DNA from: the human T2T-CHM13v2.0 reference genome, Homo sapiens | Length of the DNA: 64,000 nt | Assembly: GCF_009914755.1 (NCBI RefSeq) | Contig: NC_060938.1 | Reading direction: 5' to 3' (one strand) | Shown: one piece after another, positions 17,217 to 31,473 of the stretch | How positions within the stretch are numbered: position 1 is the stretch's first letter | How the letters are laid out: each line of letters begins with the position of its first letter | Translations under genes and position numbers: made by a program | The notes under the pieces: model-generated | Databases searched by the model: none | The model's input: only the letters and a program-made list of their open reading frames with translations | What the model was told of the DNA's origin: nothing

Positions 17217-20200
17217 TTGTTTGTTTATATCCAACATTATTCCCCCAAAATTTAGAGTGTCATAGCCACCACAAGATCTTGGGTCTCCAGACTCCTTCCT
17301 TAGGCTCCTCCTCCCCATCTCAGCTCCTGCACCCATTGTAGATCCCCACCCTCACACCACCTCTTCTTCCTTCTCCCCCTCTCCACACAGGAGCTGGCTC
17401 TACCATCTAGGGTCTTCCCTGCAATTCTCCCACCCATTTCCCACTTACTTCTCTTGCATACGCACTGCTTTTGAAACTCCCCTCTGTCCTCACTTCTTCC
17501 TTTTGCTTAGAGTGGGACTGAAACAGGAGGATTCCAGAGGAGAAAAATGTAAAGCACAGAAGATGAGGGGAAAACAGCAGACAGGATGAAAGTGGTGTGT
17601 GGAATGAAGTATAAGACTCCCAGGCAAACTGCTCCTTCGTCTCCACTGTCAGGCAGGCGGGGCACAGGAGCTGAGCCACTTGCCCTCTCTGCTCACTTCC
17701 CTCAGTCTCCTCATTTAGAGAATGGTCTGGAGAAGGGTGGGAAGGTTGATGCTGGAGGATCTGAAGGCCCTGTACAGCTCTGACATTCCACAATTCCAGC
17801 AGCATGAGGGGGAGGGTGGAGGCCCCAAGTCAGGCATCCCCTAAGGAGGGCAGAAGAAACACTCATCGCAGTCCTCAGGTCCCAATACATGCTCAGCCTG
17901 GGGCTGGGCTGCATCTCCACACCCCTCTGAGAGATTGCGGCTTCAGCTGCCAGCTCTCCTGCCAGGTCATTTCTTTTCTTGGGCACCTCTCACTGGAGCC
18001 TTGTTGGGTGGGGCCAGCCCGGCTTACGCATGGGAGGCACCTGTGCCTGACATCAGTAGGGGACAGGCAGGCTGACAGTGCCACCCTCCAGGCACATACC
18101 CTCCTGGGTGAGCTTCTGCCCCACTAAATCCCCAGCCTCTCCTCCTCCCACCCAATTTCCCCACTACATCCCCACTCTCCATCCTTCCAGCCTCTGTGCA
18201 GCCTGACACTTGGAAACGCAGGATCAACTTCTGCTGCGTTTGGCCAGAAAATGTCCCTCCATCACAGCTGTGTCTTTGAAAGGAGTTTCAAGTTCAAAAA
18301 CCCTCCTCCACGAGCTTCCCAGCAGCAAGGAAGGCTGGCTTCCCTCCCCTCCCCTTCTGTCCCATTCCCTCCCCAGCGTAATGAACAAAGGGACACAGAT
18401 GACTTCAAGATGCCCAAGGGCCCCTGTGAGGTCCCCTGTGAGTCTAGGGCGGTGACTCAGCCGAGGCCTGAGTTATGCCCGGCAGAGCAAGCAAATCTGA
18501 CAACCTGGCCAGACCGCCTTCCCCTAATGAAGCCCTTCTTGAGAACAGGCCAAAGCCAGGATGACATCCAGGGGCCTGCTCAGTCATGGAATAACTGACC
18601 TGGCTGTGCCCCGGCCAAGCAGTCATCTCCCAGTCCGGCCTGGCGGTTCTGGGCAGCTCTGTTTGGTGTTCATGGCTCCCGAGGGCTAAGACATTTGGGA
18701 AAAATGAATCCAAGGAAGCCCTAAAATAAATGAGGGCACAGCCAAGAGCAGCGCCCCTTTCCCTCACTTGGGGACTGGGGGACAGCTGGCAGGGGGGGTA
18801 GATAATCACCTGTGAGACCCAGAATGTGAGAGAATGACAGATTTGTCTATTGCACCTGCCCTGCCTGCCAGGCTCACTGCTGAGAGCTCAGGCCAGTGCT
18901 GCCGTGGCTGTGGCCACCTTGGAGGTGAGAAGTGGCACAGTGGGGACTCCAGCCAGCCCTGTCTGACTGCAAAGCTCTGCATGTCTCCGTTATGCAGAGC
19001 TCGGACCATTCACTCCAACCAGCCCGCTCATTATAGCAACACAAGAACTAAGAGTCCCTGGGTAAGTAGCTCGCCCACGTCCTACAGCAAATGGAGGTGC
19101 CCAGTGCTGTGCGGTCCATGTGGAATGTGGGTAGAGCCTGGGGAAGAGATGGCTGAAGGAGGAAGGATGGAGCAGGGTGACAGCTGTGGGGACCAGCTGA
19201 AAAGCTGGGCAAAGAGGCAGGCAGAGGGGTGAGGGGCACAGAGGAAGGAGAGATGTCATCAAATGATGGGGGACTTGGCATGATCTGAGCCATGTTTTGT
19301 GTGCAAAACTTCTGGCAGCTGCATGGGACAGGGTTGGGAGGAGAGGAGAGCTGAGGACGGGGTGACCTGTTGGGAGCTACGACAGAGGTCCAGGTCGTCA
19401 GAGGCAGGGCAGAACCCAGGCCATGGTGGTGGAGGGACATGGGGGGAGCCATGGCTAAGGGAGACAGGGAAGGTGGCCTGAGGTTTCTAGAGATGCAGAA
19501 AAGCAGGACTACCAGCCAAGCAGGAAAAGCGGTGGAAACAATGGGAGCCCCTCGCAGGCGCTGGGCTCAGGGAAGAGCTGGATAGGCCTTGGGAAGACCA
19601 GGCTTAAAGGCCAGGCTGGAGATGTGGCTTCAGAATCCACGCGACACATTCCGCACTCATTTGTTTATTCATTCCATAAATCACGTGTGGAAAATCTCCT
19701 GTTTCAGGCTCTGGACTAGATGCTGAGGGAGGCGGTGTCTTGAGAATGGTCCTTGCACAGCAGGAGTTCAGATTGTCCCAGTCCCGTGGGAGACAGAACA
19801 GAGTCCTCGCCTTTTTCTTCCTCTCAGAAGGGACCCAGGAGCCCCCTGTCTATCCAGCCCACTCTCCCATCCCCAACCGTTCCCTTCAGATCTGGGGGCT
19901 GCTCTGGCTTCTCTGATATGAGCCCCACATCTCTTTTGCTTGGACCAAACCCTTCGGAAAGCCCTCACCTCTGCCCTGGGTGCGGGTTTCTCCCATTGCA
20001 TCACTCTCTGTGTGCCTGGGTACACCACGTCCTTGGCCGAACTGGGTCCCCTCTGCGGCAGGAACCACCAACCCCCACACAGGGCCCAGTGCACCGAAGG
20101 TGCCCCAAAGTCAAAGATCATCTTCCCTAGCATGCCCAGGCACCTTACACCAGATCCCGACAGACAGTCACGAAACGGCTCCAACTTTTAAGTTTTTACT

Positions 20201-21779
20201 GACATATAATAGTTGTATATATTTTGAGGGTACCTGTGATATTTCGATACCTGTATACCATGCCAAGTGGTAATTTTTTAAAAAACAAATCAAAGCAACC
20301 CAGCTTCCCAAAGTTGAAGACGAAGAGAGTTCTTTGGAACCAGCACCTCCATTTTGCTTTCTTACTCATTCTGCAGCAGACTATGGCCATCCTGGGCAAT
20401 AGAGAACCCAGAGACACAGAATCTGCCCCCAAGTGGTTTGCATGGAGCGCCAGGGATGTAAAGAATAAGGCTGATAACATGACAGGTGCACTGAGGAATG
20501 ACCTGGTCTTCAACCAATGTGAGGAATCCAGGAAGGCTTCCCAGAGGAGGCACTGTCTTGCAAGCTGGACAGGGTTAGCCAGGTGGAGGAGAAGGCATTT
20601 CTGCAGACCAGAGGCAGAGAGGGTTGAAGCTGTGACAGTGTATGGATTAGCTCATTTGGGGACATCTGCCAACCTGTTCATAACATATACACTAAGCTAG
20701 GCTATTGAGTTGATCAGACCCCAGGTTTCCCACTTGCGTCATTAGTTCAAATCAGCAGTCCTTCTGGGCAACATTCCCAGCCTTAAACCATCTGGCACTG
20801 GCACTGGCACCCAGTCGACTTCCTCAGTCTGAACTCTGCCTGGAGAGCACCCTGCCCCCACCAAGGCCCCAAAGTCCTACCCAGCCTGAGGGACCACCTT
20901 GCCTTCCAAGGTGCCCTCCTGATTCTTCCCCACCACCTCCTCCAGAAACCATCACTCCCTCCTCTCAAACTTTGGGACACCTTTAGTACCTTCTATGGGG
21001 TGCAAACTGTGTTCTGGTTGGCCATTCTGGGTATTCAAGTGCTTCCTCACCCCTTTGGGGCAGGCAGTACAGCTCAGTGGATGAGAGTGTGGGCAGTGGT
21101 CATAATGTCCGGGGAAGGGGGAGGGAAAAACTGGAAAGCTTCCTGGAGGAGGTGACCAGACTGTGTCTTGAGGGGCAAATAGGAGTTTGCAAGACAAAGG
21201 AGGGAGAGAGAAGGAAAATTCAGGTACAGAAAGTAGCATGAGCAAATATTGCAGGCACGAAAACACTTAGCATATTTGGGTAATGGTAAGAAGTTGGGTG
21301 AGGTAAAAGTGTGGGGTTCAGGTTAAAGAGGACATAGAGTCCCAGGCCTTAAATCAAGGTGGACTGCCCATCTAGTGCCAAGGAGGTGGATCCAGTCCTG
21401 CCCGGCCCTAGACACCCGTTGGCTCCCCAGCCTTCTGGACGGCACATACCTCAGCTGGCTCAGCCACCCACCAAACGACAACGGCGCCTCTGCAGAGTTT
21501 TCTAACCTCCCCTCACAGAGGGGGTCTTTCTCGCCGGGCCCAGCTCAGTCCTCCTTCATGTGGGGGCTCCAAGTCTGTGATTCTATCAGCCTTCATTTTT
21601 TTTTTCCTTTCATTCACTCACTGATCATTATCCTCCAACCCTTCCGATGCTTCAGACAGGCCGTCCGTTTAATTTTGTAAAACTAAACAGCACGCTTGGT
21701 TTTTTCAGGATGCACTCTGAGCGTGATATGTTCTGCGGAATGTTTTTCAGAGCAGTGAAAAATTTAATTTCTTCCCCCA

Positions 21780-22870
21780 GCATCAAGATGTGTCAAACAT
21801 AATTTATGCCTGGACATAATTCATCCCTAAAGATAAATATTGAAACCCAAGAGAGGAGAGACGGCTGCAGAATTTCCAGGGGTAGGGGAGTTGGAGAGGG
21901 GGTCTCCCTCCTGATGCCATCACTGAAGGGGTAAAAAAAATATATATTATGAACTAAACGAAAGTAAAGTAGCTCGCTCCAGGTCTGCTCCCAGCACTGC
22001 TGCGGAATTTTTTTTTTTAACAGGCCTCTTTTGTGTCTGTTGAACTGTTGCTCTGTCTTGCATAAAATCTCTAGCAATAGAAGTCCTCAATTAAAGTCAC
22101 CTGCTGGTCTTTGTCAGCAGAGCTTGACGCTGTCAAATAATGCGGAGCCCCTTAAGCCAATACAAGTCATTAAGGAGGAGGTGAATTAGAGATCCGACAT
22201 GGGGGACAGGAGCCATCCATAATCAATTGATATCTTCCTCTGCTGGAGGCGGGGCCCCGGGGAGCCCCGCTCCCCATCCTCATCCGCAGGGGCCTCCACC
22301 CCTGGATCCAATTAGACCGCGGCTCAGCGGGTCTGAGGTTGCGCTGAAAAGCCATCAGTAGGCGAACCCATTAATAACTCGCCAGTGCCCTGCGTATTGT
22401 AATTGTCAGGCTGCAATTTACAGTAATCCTCCGATGCAAAAGCCTAAATCGCTGCAGCTGATTGGAAATTCATACACCCATTTGAAAGAGAAAAACACAA
22501 GATGCATGGGTTAAAAGGCCAGAGCATGCAAGTGTGTGTGCTGAGTGACAGACATTTTAGTACTAGCCTGGGACCATATTTTAAAAGGTCACTGAAAACT
22601 CTTGGCTTGGGCCCTCTGACAAACAATGAACGTTCCATATATTTATTTGCCATCTCTTTGTTTTTACAGCAAGCAGAATAAATGAGTTAAATGACGTTGT
22701 GCGGGCCTGCATATTGTCAGCACAGGTTATAAGTCATTATTAAACTCCATCAAATCAAACCAAACCCGGTCAAGGCAATGAGACTAAAAGTTATTTGCAT
22801 TCCTTCTGTCATAAAAAATCATATCCCCTTACTCAAGACTTTCGTTTCTTTATTAAATGCAGCCACAAGA
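21780..22870. promoter_or_regulatory. Candidate developmental enhancer or conserved non-coding element
   Basis: No recognisable repeat; retained CpGs; dense TAAT/ATTA, TGTCA, TAATCC, CCAAT, Sox, octamer and GTCATAAA motifs. Confidence 0.5.
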
Positions 22871-23532
22871 GTATTTCAGGTCTGGCTATATAAGCTCAGG
22901 AAAACCTTCCCGGTATAACTCAGTGTAACAGCTTAGACCCGATTCCACTAAAAAGTCCCAGTTGAACGTATCTGGGCACTCAATCAAGACATACATATTA
23001 CTTTTAAATAAGATTAGCCTTTATATTTTGCTGCTTAAGTTAAAACTTTTCATGTCATTCTCTACTTTTATGTAAACTCCAATATAATTCTGTTTTAGCA
23101 AAATACTTCAAATTAAAAACCTCAAGTCGAACACGTCCTTAACAAAAACTTTCTTAATGGCATCTCAACGTGTTTGCTGACACTAAGACACTTTTAAATA
23201 AGATGGATTTTCCCTCCATTTCCCTGCATTTGTAATTATGGCTGTGCTGCGTGCACCTTAGGTTACAATGGCAAAAGCAGTTATCTGTCCTCCAAATATT
23301 ATTTGACCAATAACTTCCCAGCGACCCACAGCATCTGTTTAAAAAATTGTCTTTGCTTACCTGCCTCCAATTGGGTTCTACATTAATTGTGAAATGGAAA
23401 GTGATCCGTGGGGGAATATTTGGAGGAGGCAGGTACAGGGAAGCACAGGGTAGGTAGGAAGCAGGGGAAAACATGGGTCTACTGAAGGGCACTCACGTGG
23501 CAAGGCATGGGATTGTTGACTCCTTATGCAAG

Positions 23533-23679
23533 CTCCTTTCTGATATTTACAGTCTACACATCCAACATGAGCTCACTTTAAATTTGCCTCTATCCTACTA
23601 GTTTCTTATCCTAAAATATGTTCTTACATATACAAAAATCTACTTCTTGATTTGGCTATGACTCTGAGTATTATCAAAG
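23533..23679 (+). repeat. Dispersed direct repeat, copy 1 (147 bp)
   Basis: About 90% identical by manual alignment to 24800-24945. Confidence 0.92.
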
Positions 23680-24227
23680 TTTTATCATCTTTCTGATCTT
23701 GAGAAATGCTTGGGAACGAAACTAAGGAGTCAATGATGGAGCAGTGCTTCCATTTCTAATCCAAAAAAAGATGTCCGTTGAGAATATGGGAATTTGGAAA
23801 GTCAACTCTCATGAAGAGTGAACTAGAAGCAGGTTCAGTGCCCGCTCATTCCACTCTTTGCTCACAGGAAAGATAATTGAATATTTGTCTGTGGTGCCTT
23901 CCTTTTTATATCCACCCAGTGTATGCAGTTGTATCTTCGGGCCGAAGCAGAAGTGTAGTCTTAGCAACAATCCTACATCTTATTCTTTTATCCAGGTACT
24001 TCCTGCCTGCACCAGGGGCTTCTCAGCTTACTCCCAGATTTCTAATATGTCATCTCATTGCAGCTGATGACATCCCTCCAAGACAGGTAAGAATTACCAT
24101 GCCCATTGGACAGCCATCAAAAATAAAGCTCAAAGAGTTTGAGATCACATTCATGGCATGGCAGGCAGAATCTAAACTGGCCCTAGATTCCTGCTCCCTA
24201 ATAAGCATGCATTGCATGTCCACCCTT

Positions 24228-24730
24228 TGAGGGCAGGCGGGACTTGGGAATATGATGAGATGTTCCCGCTATTGTAAGGTTACCTTATAAGGCAAAGGTG
24301 GTAGAATTTTGCAGATGTAATTAAGATCCCTAATCAGTTGAGTTTGAGTTAATCAAAATGGAGATTCCCCTAAGTGGGCCTGGCCTAATCAGGTGAGTCT
24401 TTTAAAAGAGAATCCAGGCCTTCCTTGAAAAGGGAAATTTAAAGTGAGAGAGCAGCTCTCCTGCTGGTCTTGAAGAAGCAAGATTCCAGGAGTTCTGCAT
24501 CTACAAGGAAATGATTTCTACCAAGAACCACATGAGCTTGGAAGGATCTCGAGCCCAGAGGAGACCTCAGCCCCAGCAATACCTCGGTTGCAACCTTGTG
24601 AGATCCTGAGCAGAAGACTCCAGCTCAGCTGTGCCCAGACTCATGCCCCACAGACAGTGTGACATAATGAATGTGTTTTGAGCCTTTAAATTTGCGGTAA
24701 TTTGTTACATAGCAAGAGAAAGCAAATACA
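24228..24730 (+). mobile_element. MLT1-family (E/D-like) MaLR solo LTR
   Basis: tttgcagatgtaattaagatccctaatcagttgagtttgagttaatcaaa...taatttgttacatagcaagagaaagcaaataca. Confidence 0.85.
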
Positions 24731-24799
24731 CGTGTGATCACCAATCAAGTAGACTTGCCTTAACATCCACGCTGTGGCCATTCCGACCCCCTTTGTGAA

Positions 24800-24945
24800 C
24801 TCCTTTCTGGTATTTACAGTCTACACATGCAATAAAGCTCACTTTAAATTTGCTTCTATCCTACTATTTTCTTATCCTAAAATATATTCTCGTAGATACA
24901 AAAATCTACTTCTTGATTTGGCTATGACTCTCAGTGTTATCAAAG
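24800..24945 (+). repeat. Dispersed direct repeat, copy 2 (146 bp)
   Basis: ctcctttctg...tctacttcttgatttggctatgactc...ttatcaaag shared with 23533-23679. Confidence 0.92.
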
Positions 24946-26847
24946 AGCTTTCTTATAACATACAGAAAAAGAAACTATGATAGTTTTTCTTTTCCAAGGG
25001 CCTTGAACAGCAGCATACTTGACACCAGTATGAGACTTTCTTGTTAAGCCCATAAACGTTAGTACCTTATGAGAAAAGCCGTACCTTTAGAAACACCTGA
25101 CTAAATATTTCATCAGTGCAACACACAGCAAATTCCTGCAGTAGAGTCACTGGATTTACAACCATCAAACTGTATTAAACTTACAATATCAAGATTTATC
25201 ACCTATAAAATGGAGTCTCGTTTTAGTAATATCTCACATTCGATCCCAAAGGATCTCAAATACCTTCGACCCTTCACCAGGGCACTTCACCGTAATTCAT
25301 AACGAGGTAATCAAATACTTCACTGTAAGGCAGCCACCGCCACATGAGAGGATTAACTCACCTATCAAGGAAGGGTAGGCAGGGCTGGGACAGAAGGCAG
25401 CCGCTGCTTTACTGAGTGCAGAAATGGTACCAAGATCTAGATCACAGGGAGCAAAAACCACACAGAACCACGGGGGTGGAGTTGGGCCATCCTGACAGGC
25501 TTCTGGTCCCAGTGGTTTCAAACATTAGTTTTTGGTGGCAGAACGCGTTCTCCCCATACAATGTTACAACAAGTCTCAACCAATGGAACAGATACAATTG
25601 GAAGAAACAGCTCTGGCTGAGTTAGGGAGAAGAGAGGAAGACCCAGTCCCCACAGTACCTCCCTTCTGGCCCCCTTGGCATTCTGCAGCCCATTGTTGGA
25701 GACCCTGTTTCTACTTAGTGGTTCCCCACTTTGACTACATATTTTTTAAAAGGTAGATGCCCAGGTTTCACCCCAGAGCCTCTGATTTCTTTGGCATTCA
25801 CCAGTCTGGTTGAGCCCCATGTGATGTTTGAGGAGCCTGAGATTCCAAGAGAGAAAAAAGATTTGCTAAAGGGAGTACAGGTTTAAAACTACAACCCAGG
25901 AACATAGAGCCTGAATCATCGAGCCAGTCCTCAGAATGTTCGCAGGATGTCATTATGCATGTTGAGATTGTAACTTTGGGTTGAAATCTGTAAGTTTTGA
26001 AGATTTGTAGTGATCACATACCTTAAATAATTCCTCAAAAGTATTCAGGTCTTTATGATATAGGCAAATTACATGATCAACATCTTAGGAGGGTCTCTGC
26101 ACCCATCATTTAAAGAATAATTTGGTCTATTGAAGAGACCACAAATTTCCATGGCAGCATGAACCAACAACCACTATGGTGAGACACCATAAGGAGAACT
26201 CCTACCCATCCCTCAAAACCCAGCTCAAGTATCACCCCAGCGGTGAATGTTCCCTTCACCTTCTGGCCTTCTTCTGTGTACCCTGATCAGTCATTATTAG
26301 AAGGGACACTGGATTAAAATTATATGGTTATACACAATGATCCCCATCATAATTTGAGCCCTGAATATGATGAGGTCCATGATTCATTTTCAGCGATATC
26401 TTTAACATCCTTATATGTCTTTACTCATCTGAAGAATGGGAATAATAGCAGTACCTACTCTTACACAAAACAGAGAAAAGTATTTAGAACACTGAGCACT
26501 CAATCATTGTTATTTATCATTATTATTTACACTGGCTGTGCCTGTCACTCAATCATATCATCCTATCTTATTGTCTTTAAGGCAAATATTCTCCAAAACT
26601 AGCAGGTTTCCTCAAGATCTGTCTTCCCACTTCACTCCCTGACCCCATCCCCGGGATGTAAGCTTCCATGCATGTGACAGACATGTCTATTGCACTAAAT
26701 CCCATTGACTCTGCAGTGTCTGACCGTCGAGGATGCTGAGTTGCTATTTGTGAATGAACGAAGAAATATGTTCAGCAAAACAGCAAGATCATAACCCCAG
26801 CTTATAGGAACATAGTCTTGACCAGACATTATTCAAATCTCCCTTAC

Positions 26848-27133
26848 TTTTTTTTTTCTTGAGACAGTGTCTGTCTCTGTCACCCAGGCTGGAGTGCAGT
26901 GGCGCGGTCTCGGCTCACGGAAACCTCTGCCTCCTGGTCTCAAGCGATCCTCCCACCTCGGCTTCCTGAATAGCTGGGACTATAGGCGCTCACCATCACG
27001 CTCGGCTAATTTTTGTAGAGACAGGGTTTCACCATATTGGCCAGGATGGTCTCAAACTCCTGAGCTCAAGCGATCCTCCCACCTCAGCCTCCCAAAGTGC
27101 TGGGATGACAAGTGTGAGCCACCATGCCTGGCC
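26848..27133 (-). mobile_element. AluJ element
   Basis: ctcaagcgatcctcccacctc diagnostic; TSD caaatctcccttactt / caaatctcccatactt. Confidence 0.93.
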
Positions 27134-28154
27134 CAAATCTCCCATACTTCTGCACTCACAAATTGAATTTTTGTGGCTTTGAGTATTATACTCTGTTAGT
27201 GGATCTTAGGGGCCAACTCCATTTTATAGATGAGGAAGGAGATGGAGGCCACAAGAGGCGAATGACTTGGCTGGGGAGTGGCAGTTCCAGGGCTACCCCA
27301 GGTGCAGGGTCCCAGGCACCAGCTGATGCTCCTTTCAGTGTCCTTGGTACAGGAGGGTTAAGTCAGAGTGTCCTGGGATGCAGGAGTTCCAGATGCCTAG
27401 AAATGCTCAGACCATGAGTTGCCAGTGCCTCCCTTTTGTCAACAAAATTGGCTTTAGCAAGCTTCAGTTCTGGAAAACCTAGATTTTCTATTTATAAACA
27501 TAACCTCAAGTTGGAATTCTGGCTTGTTGGGAGGACTGATTCAGCCCTTTATTCCAAAAAGGTAAACAGAAGTTTAAAAAAAAACCAACCACCAAACAAA
27601 ACCCAAAGTGGGCCTTCCAGCTCTTAGAAAAACTTAAAGCTCAAACACACTTTCCCATAAAAGCCACTTACGTCCCACCGTCTGCCCACACTTGAGCCTG
27701 GGCTCTCAATGGGAAAAATCTAAGAGCGCAATGCTGCCTGTTGCGTGAGAGCTGGCGGGCTGTCATCTTGCTTGTCTTCACAGAACAGTGTGTAAACTGG
27801 GGCTGTTCCCCTCTAACAGGTCGGCCCACTGGGATCTGGCAGCACAGGGAGGTGCAGAGTTCAAAGCTGTGATCATAGAGTGCTTTCTGCCTCCTTACGA
27901 ACTACCTGGCTCCCCTAGGTCCACTTCATGCCCAATACTTAGTCACTGCCTCATAAATAAACTGAACCAATGAATATCAGTGTGTTTGGTCATAGCACAC
28001 CTCATTCCCAAGAAGAATGGGATGGCAACAACACAACCACCATAACATCACTGATGCCATAACAGGAGAGCACGGACAGTTAGGGGAATGGGGCAAGGGG
28101 AAAATGAGAGAGTACCACTAATAAAAACACTGGATTGTATTCCCATAGGATAAC

Positions 28155-28530
28155 TGTATTAGTCTGTTTTCACACTACTATAAAGAAATACCCAAGACTG
28201 CATATAAAGGAAAGAGGTTTAATTGACTCACAGTTCCACATGGCTGGGGAGACCTCAGGAAATTTACCATCATGGCAGAAGTCGAAGGGGAAGCAAGGAC
28301 CTTCTTCACATGACAGCAGGAGAGAGAAGTGTGAGCAAGAGCAGGCAAAACTGCCTTACAAAACCATCAGATCTCGTAAGAACTCATTCACCATCATGAG
28401 AACAGCATGGGGGAAAACACCCTCATGATCCAATCACCTCCTACCTGGCCCCTCCCTCGACATGTGGGGATTATGGGGATTACAATTCCAGATGAGATTT
28501 GGGTGGGGACACAGAGCCAAATCATATTGA
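28155..28530 (-). mobile_element. THE1D/MSTA-type MaLR solo LTR
   Basis: tgtattagtctgttttcacact...aaagaggtttaattgactcacagttccacatggctgggga...gatgagatttgggtggggacacagagccaaa. Confidence 0.9.
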
Positions 28531-31473
28531 TAATTATGGGTGGACTTGGCTGTGGCCCATCTTCCCCAGTAGGATGTAAATGTCTATAACAAGGGCAGGA
28601 ACGCCACATTACTCATTGTTCCAGAAGAATGTCTGCACGTAGAAGGTGGTTAATAAATATTTAAGTGAATAGGTGAACTGAGTTACCTAGTAGTCAAAGC
28701 ATAAAAAGAAAAGGTCAGCTACGGGATTCATAGTGTCCATTCAAACCAAATCTTTAGGAGAAGCACAGGCTTTTCTGGACATTTCTCCACCAGACCCTCT
28801 TGATTTTACATGTCCCAGTTTACTGTGTCAGACTAACCAGGAGATCCCCCCCACCCCGCTGCCACACTGCCCGGCACCAGGGACTGCCACACACCAACAT
28901 TCAGAAGGGCCCCAGGTCCCACACCCCTTGGTTCAAACATTATTAAAAGAAACCAAAAAACAAAAAAAAACAGAAAATTTCCCCATCCTCTCTACTCTGC
29001 TGGTTGCCCTCTGCCCCCCATCATGTCAGTGGACCACAGATAATGCACAAGCTAGCGCTTGGAGATCCACACTGACTGAGGTTCTTCTGCAGTGGAGCAG
29101 TGTTTGGGTGCACTGGTGACTGGCATGACCCTTGTATTCCAGTGGCTCCCAGACATGTGAAGAGATGGCGTCAACAGGGCGAGATGTGTTGTGAGAAGGG
29201 CCAGGGACTGTAGCAGGGACCAGAGGACAGGCTCAGGCTGAGGGTGGGGCTGGGTGTGGGAGGATAGGCAGGACTGGATGAGGAAAGGTGGTGGGAGGGG
29301 GAGGGAAGGGAGTGTCTCAGGCGGAGTCCACAGCACATAGAGAGGTGCAGATGTGGGGTCATTAGGAAGACAATGCCCATTACCCTGAGAGGGTGGGGTG
29401 TAACTCCTCTCCAGAGGAGAACTTTGTGAATTACATTCTTCTCTGCAACTGTCAGGGGTCAACACCCGGACACACAAAACTAGTACAGAACACACACTTT
29501 GGATGTGAAGCCTCAGCATCACTCTCTTACTCAGTGGAAGAGACCACTACCTTCCTAAAGTCACTTTGTCCCCTGACGGCACGACTGGATAAACCTCCCT
29601 GCTTTTTCCATCCTGCTACCATGATGCCCTATAGCATAACAGGAGTGGTTTTACCGAGGTAAAGGAGTGCTTCTTTTTCTTCAAAAAAAGTGACTGCAAA
29701 AACAGGACGGAAAAAAGCAAAGAGGTTAAAGCCAACACTTGCTTTGGCAAGTGGGGTTTGGCAGAGCATTATTTAAAGTGACATGCCCATGGCTTATCTT
29801 ACCAGGACTGGGGCACACAGCCCTGAAATGGCCATTGGGTGAGTCGCTAACTGTTCAGGCTAAGGGGATGTAGGGAACAGAGTAAGCGTAGGTCCCACCT
29901 TCAGTTCTCCTCCAATGAGGAAGAGTGTGATGGATCTTTTCCTCCTCTGAAACACAGAAATGATACTAGGGTCACATATAAAACAAAGAGGCCTGCAACT
30001 GCTGCCTATGTTGGCTAGAGGAGTCACCATCTGGTTTTCTTCTCAACATGAAAGATCTACGTGCACACGTATTTTAATTCTACCACCTTTCTTTCAAAAG
30101 ACCCACATAAACCGGGAAATTCTTGGATGACGGTTCAAATGCTTTTGTTTTGGATGGACATGGGTTCAACCCTCTTACTGGGATCTCAGGCAAATTACTT
30201 CACTTCTCCATACCTCGTTTTGCCCATCTCTAAAGTGAGGATTGTAGCGACAATTAGCACTTGTTATGGACAACTGTCAGGGCACTGCACCCAGCGTTTT
30301 ACGTGAACTCTCATTTAATCTGAATGATTCTTGGCTCCTCATAGGAAAGGCAAGGTTATGAGACTAAAATAGGTTAAGTAACTTGCCCAAATTCCACAGT
30401 GCTGGAAACCAGGCGTCCTGACTCTAGTCCTCAATCAGAATCTCTACGAGCCACGTTCCTCCAAAAACCACCATTTTCATAATTGCCTTGAGAAGTGAAT
30501 GGCATAAAACAGATAAAACGTTGAGCACAGACATGGCACTTATTACATGTTTGACAAATCTTAGCTAGGTGGGCCGCAAGTCCCTATATAAAATCCTTGC
30601 CTTGAGACCAATGTGTTTGGCAATTCAGAGTTTTCTGAATTTTAGAAAATTCAGTGTGTAAGCCATCTATTAGGTGATGGCCCCAGCAGCATCTGCAGCA
30701 GGACCAGTAATGAGGCATGTTAATATTGCTGTTGCCAAACCTAGGATTAGCCACGCTAAATGGGATAGAGACTATATATAGGCTCAACTCAGTAGAGGTC
30801 AGGTGTTGCTGCTAAGTAAGTTCTGGAAACCTGATTTTCAGTGTGTTTTGGACTTCAGAATTATGAGCCTGTATTAGTGCCCAAGATACATGGTCTTCCT
30901 CCATATGCACAAGGAAGTATGTGTGAGGGTACTAGCTACACCTTTGCTCCTGACAAATTAATGTGAGAACGTTACAAATATCTAACAGAGAATAAGCTAA
31001 ACCAGTGAGGGAACCTCCATACAATGAAATAGTATGTGAATGTTACAGAGAAAACAGTTGGCTTTACAAGTGTGTGTCCACAGACACATATACATACGTA
31101 AAAAGTCACTGAGCTACATGTATTAAGATTAGTGCACTTTATGCATATTACTGTATGTTTTAACTTCAATTATAAAGAAAAAATCCGAAAATTTCATATG
31201 GAATATTCTCAAATAAGTTAGCTAAAAAAGCAATAGGTAGAAGTGTGCTGAGTGTGCTACCATGTAAAAGCAGTAAGGACATAGCCAGTCACTTATTTGT
31301 GTAAAACTTCTGAAAAAAATACTCAAACAAACTAAGTAACATTGGTTGCCTTTGAGGAAAAGTACTACACAAAGAGAAATACTTTTCATGGTAGAGCTTT
31401 TTGTACATTTTTAGGTGTTTTTATTTTAACCATGTGGTTGTAGTTCCTATAGGAAAAATATTCTTAAAAAAAA

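Noticed and set aside
16396-17341. Poly-histidine (224 aa) and Ile/Thr-rich (294 aa) ORFs as a metal-binding or mucin-like protein
   Set aside because: They are frame readings of a stop-poor (CAY)n repeat; both strands are open and no gene context is evident
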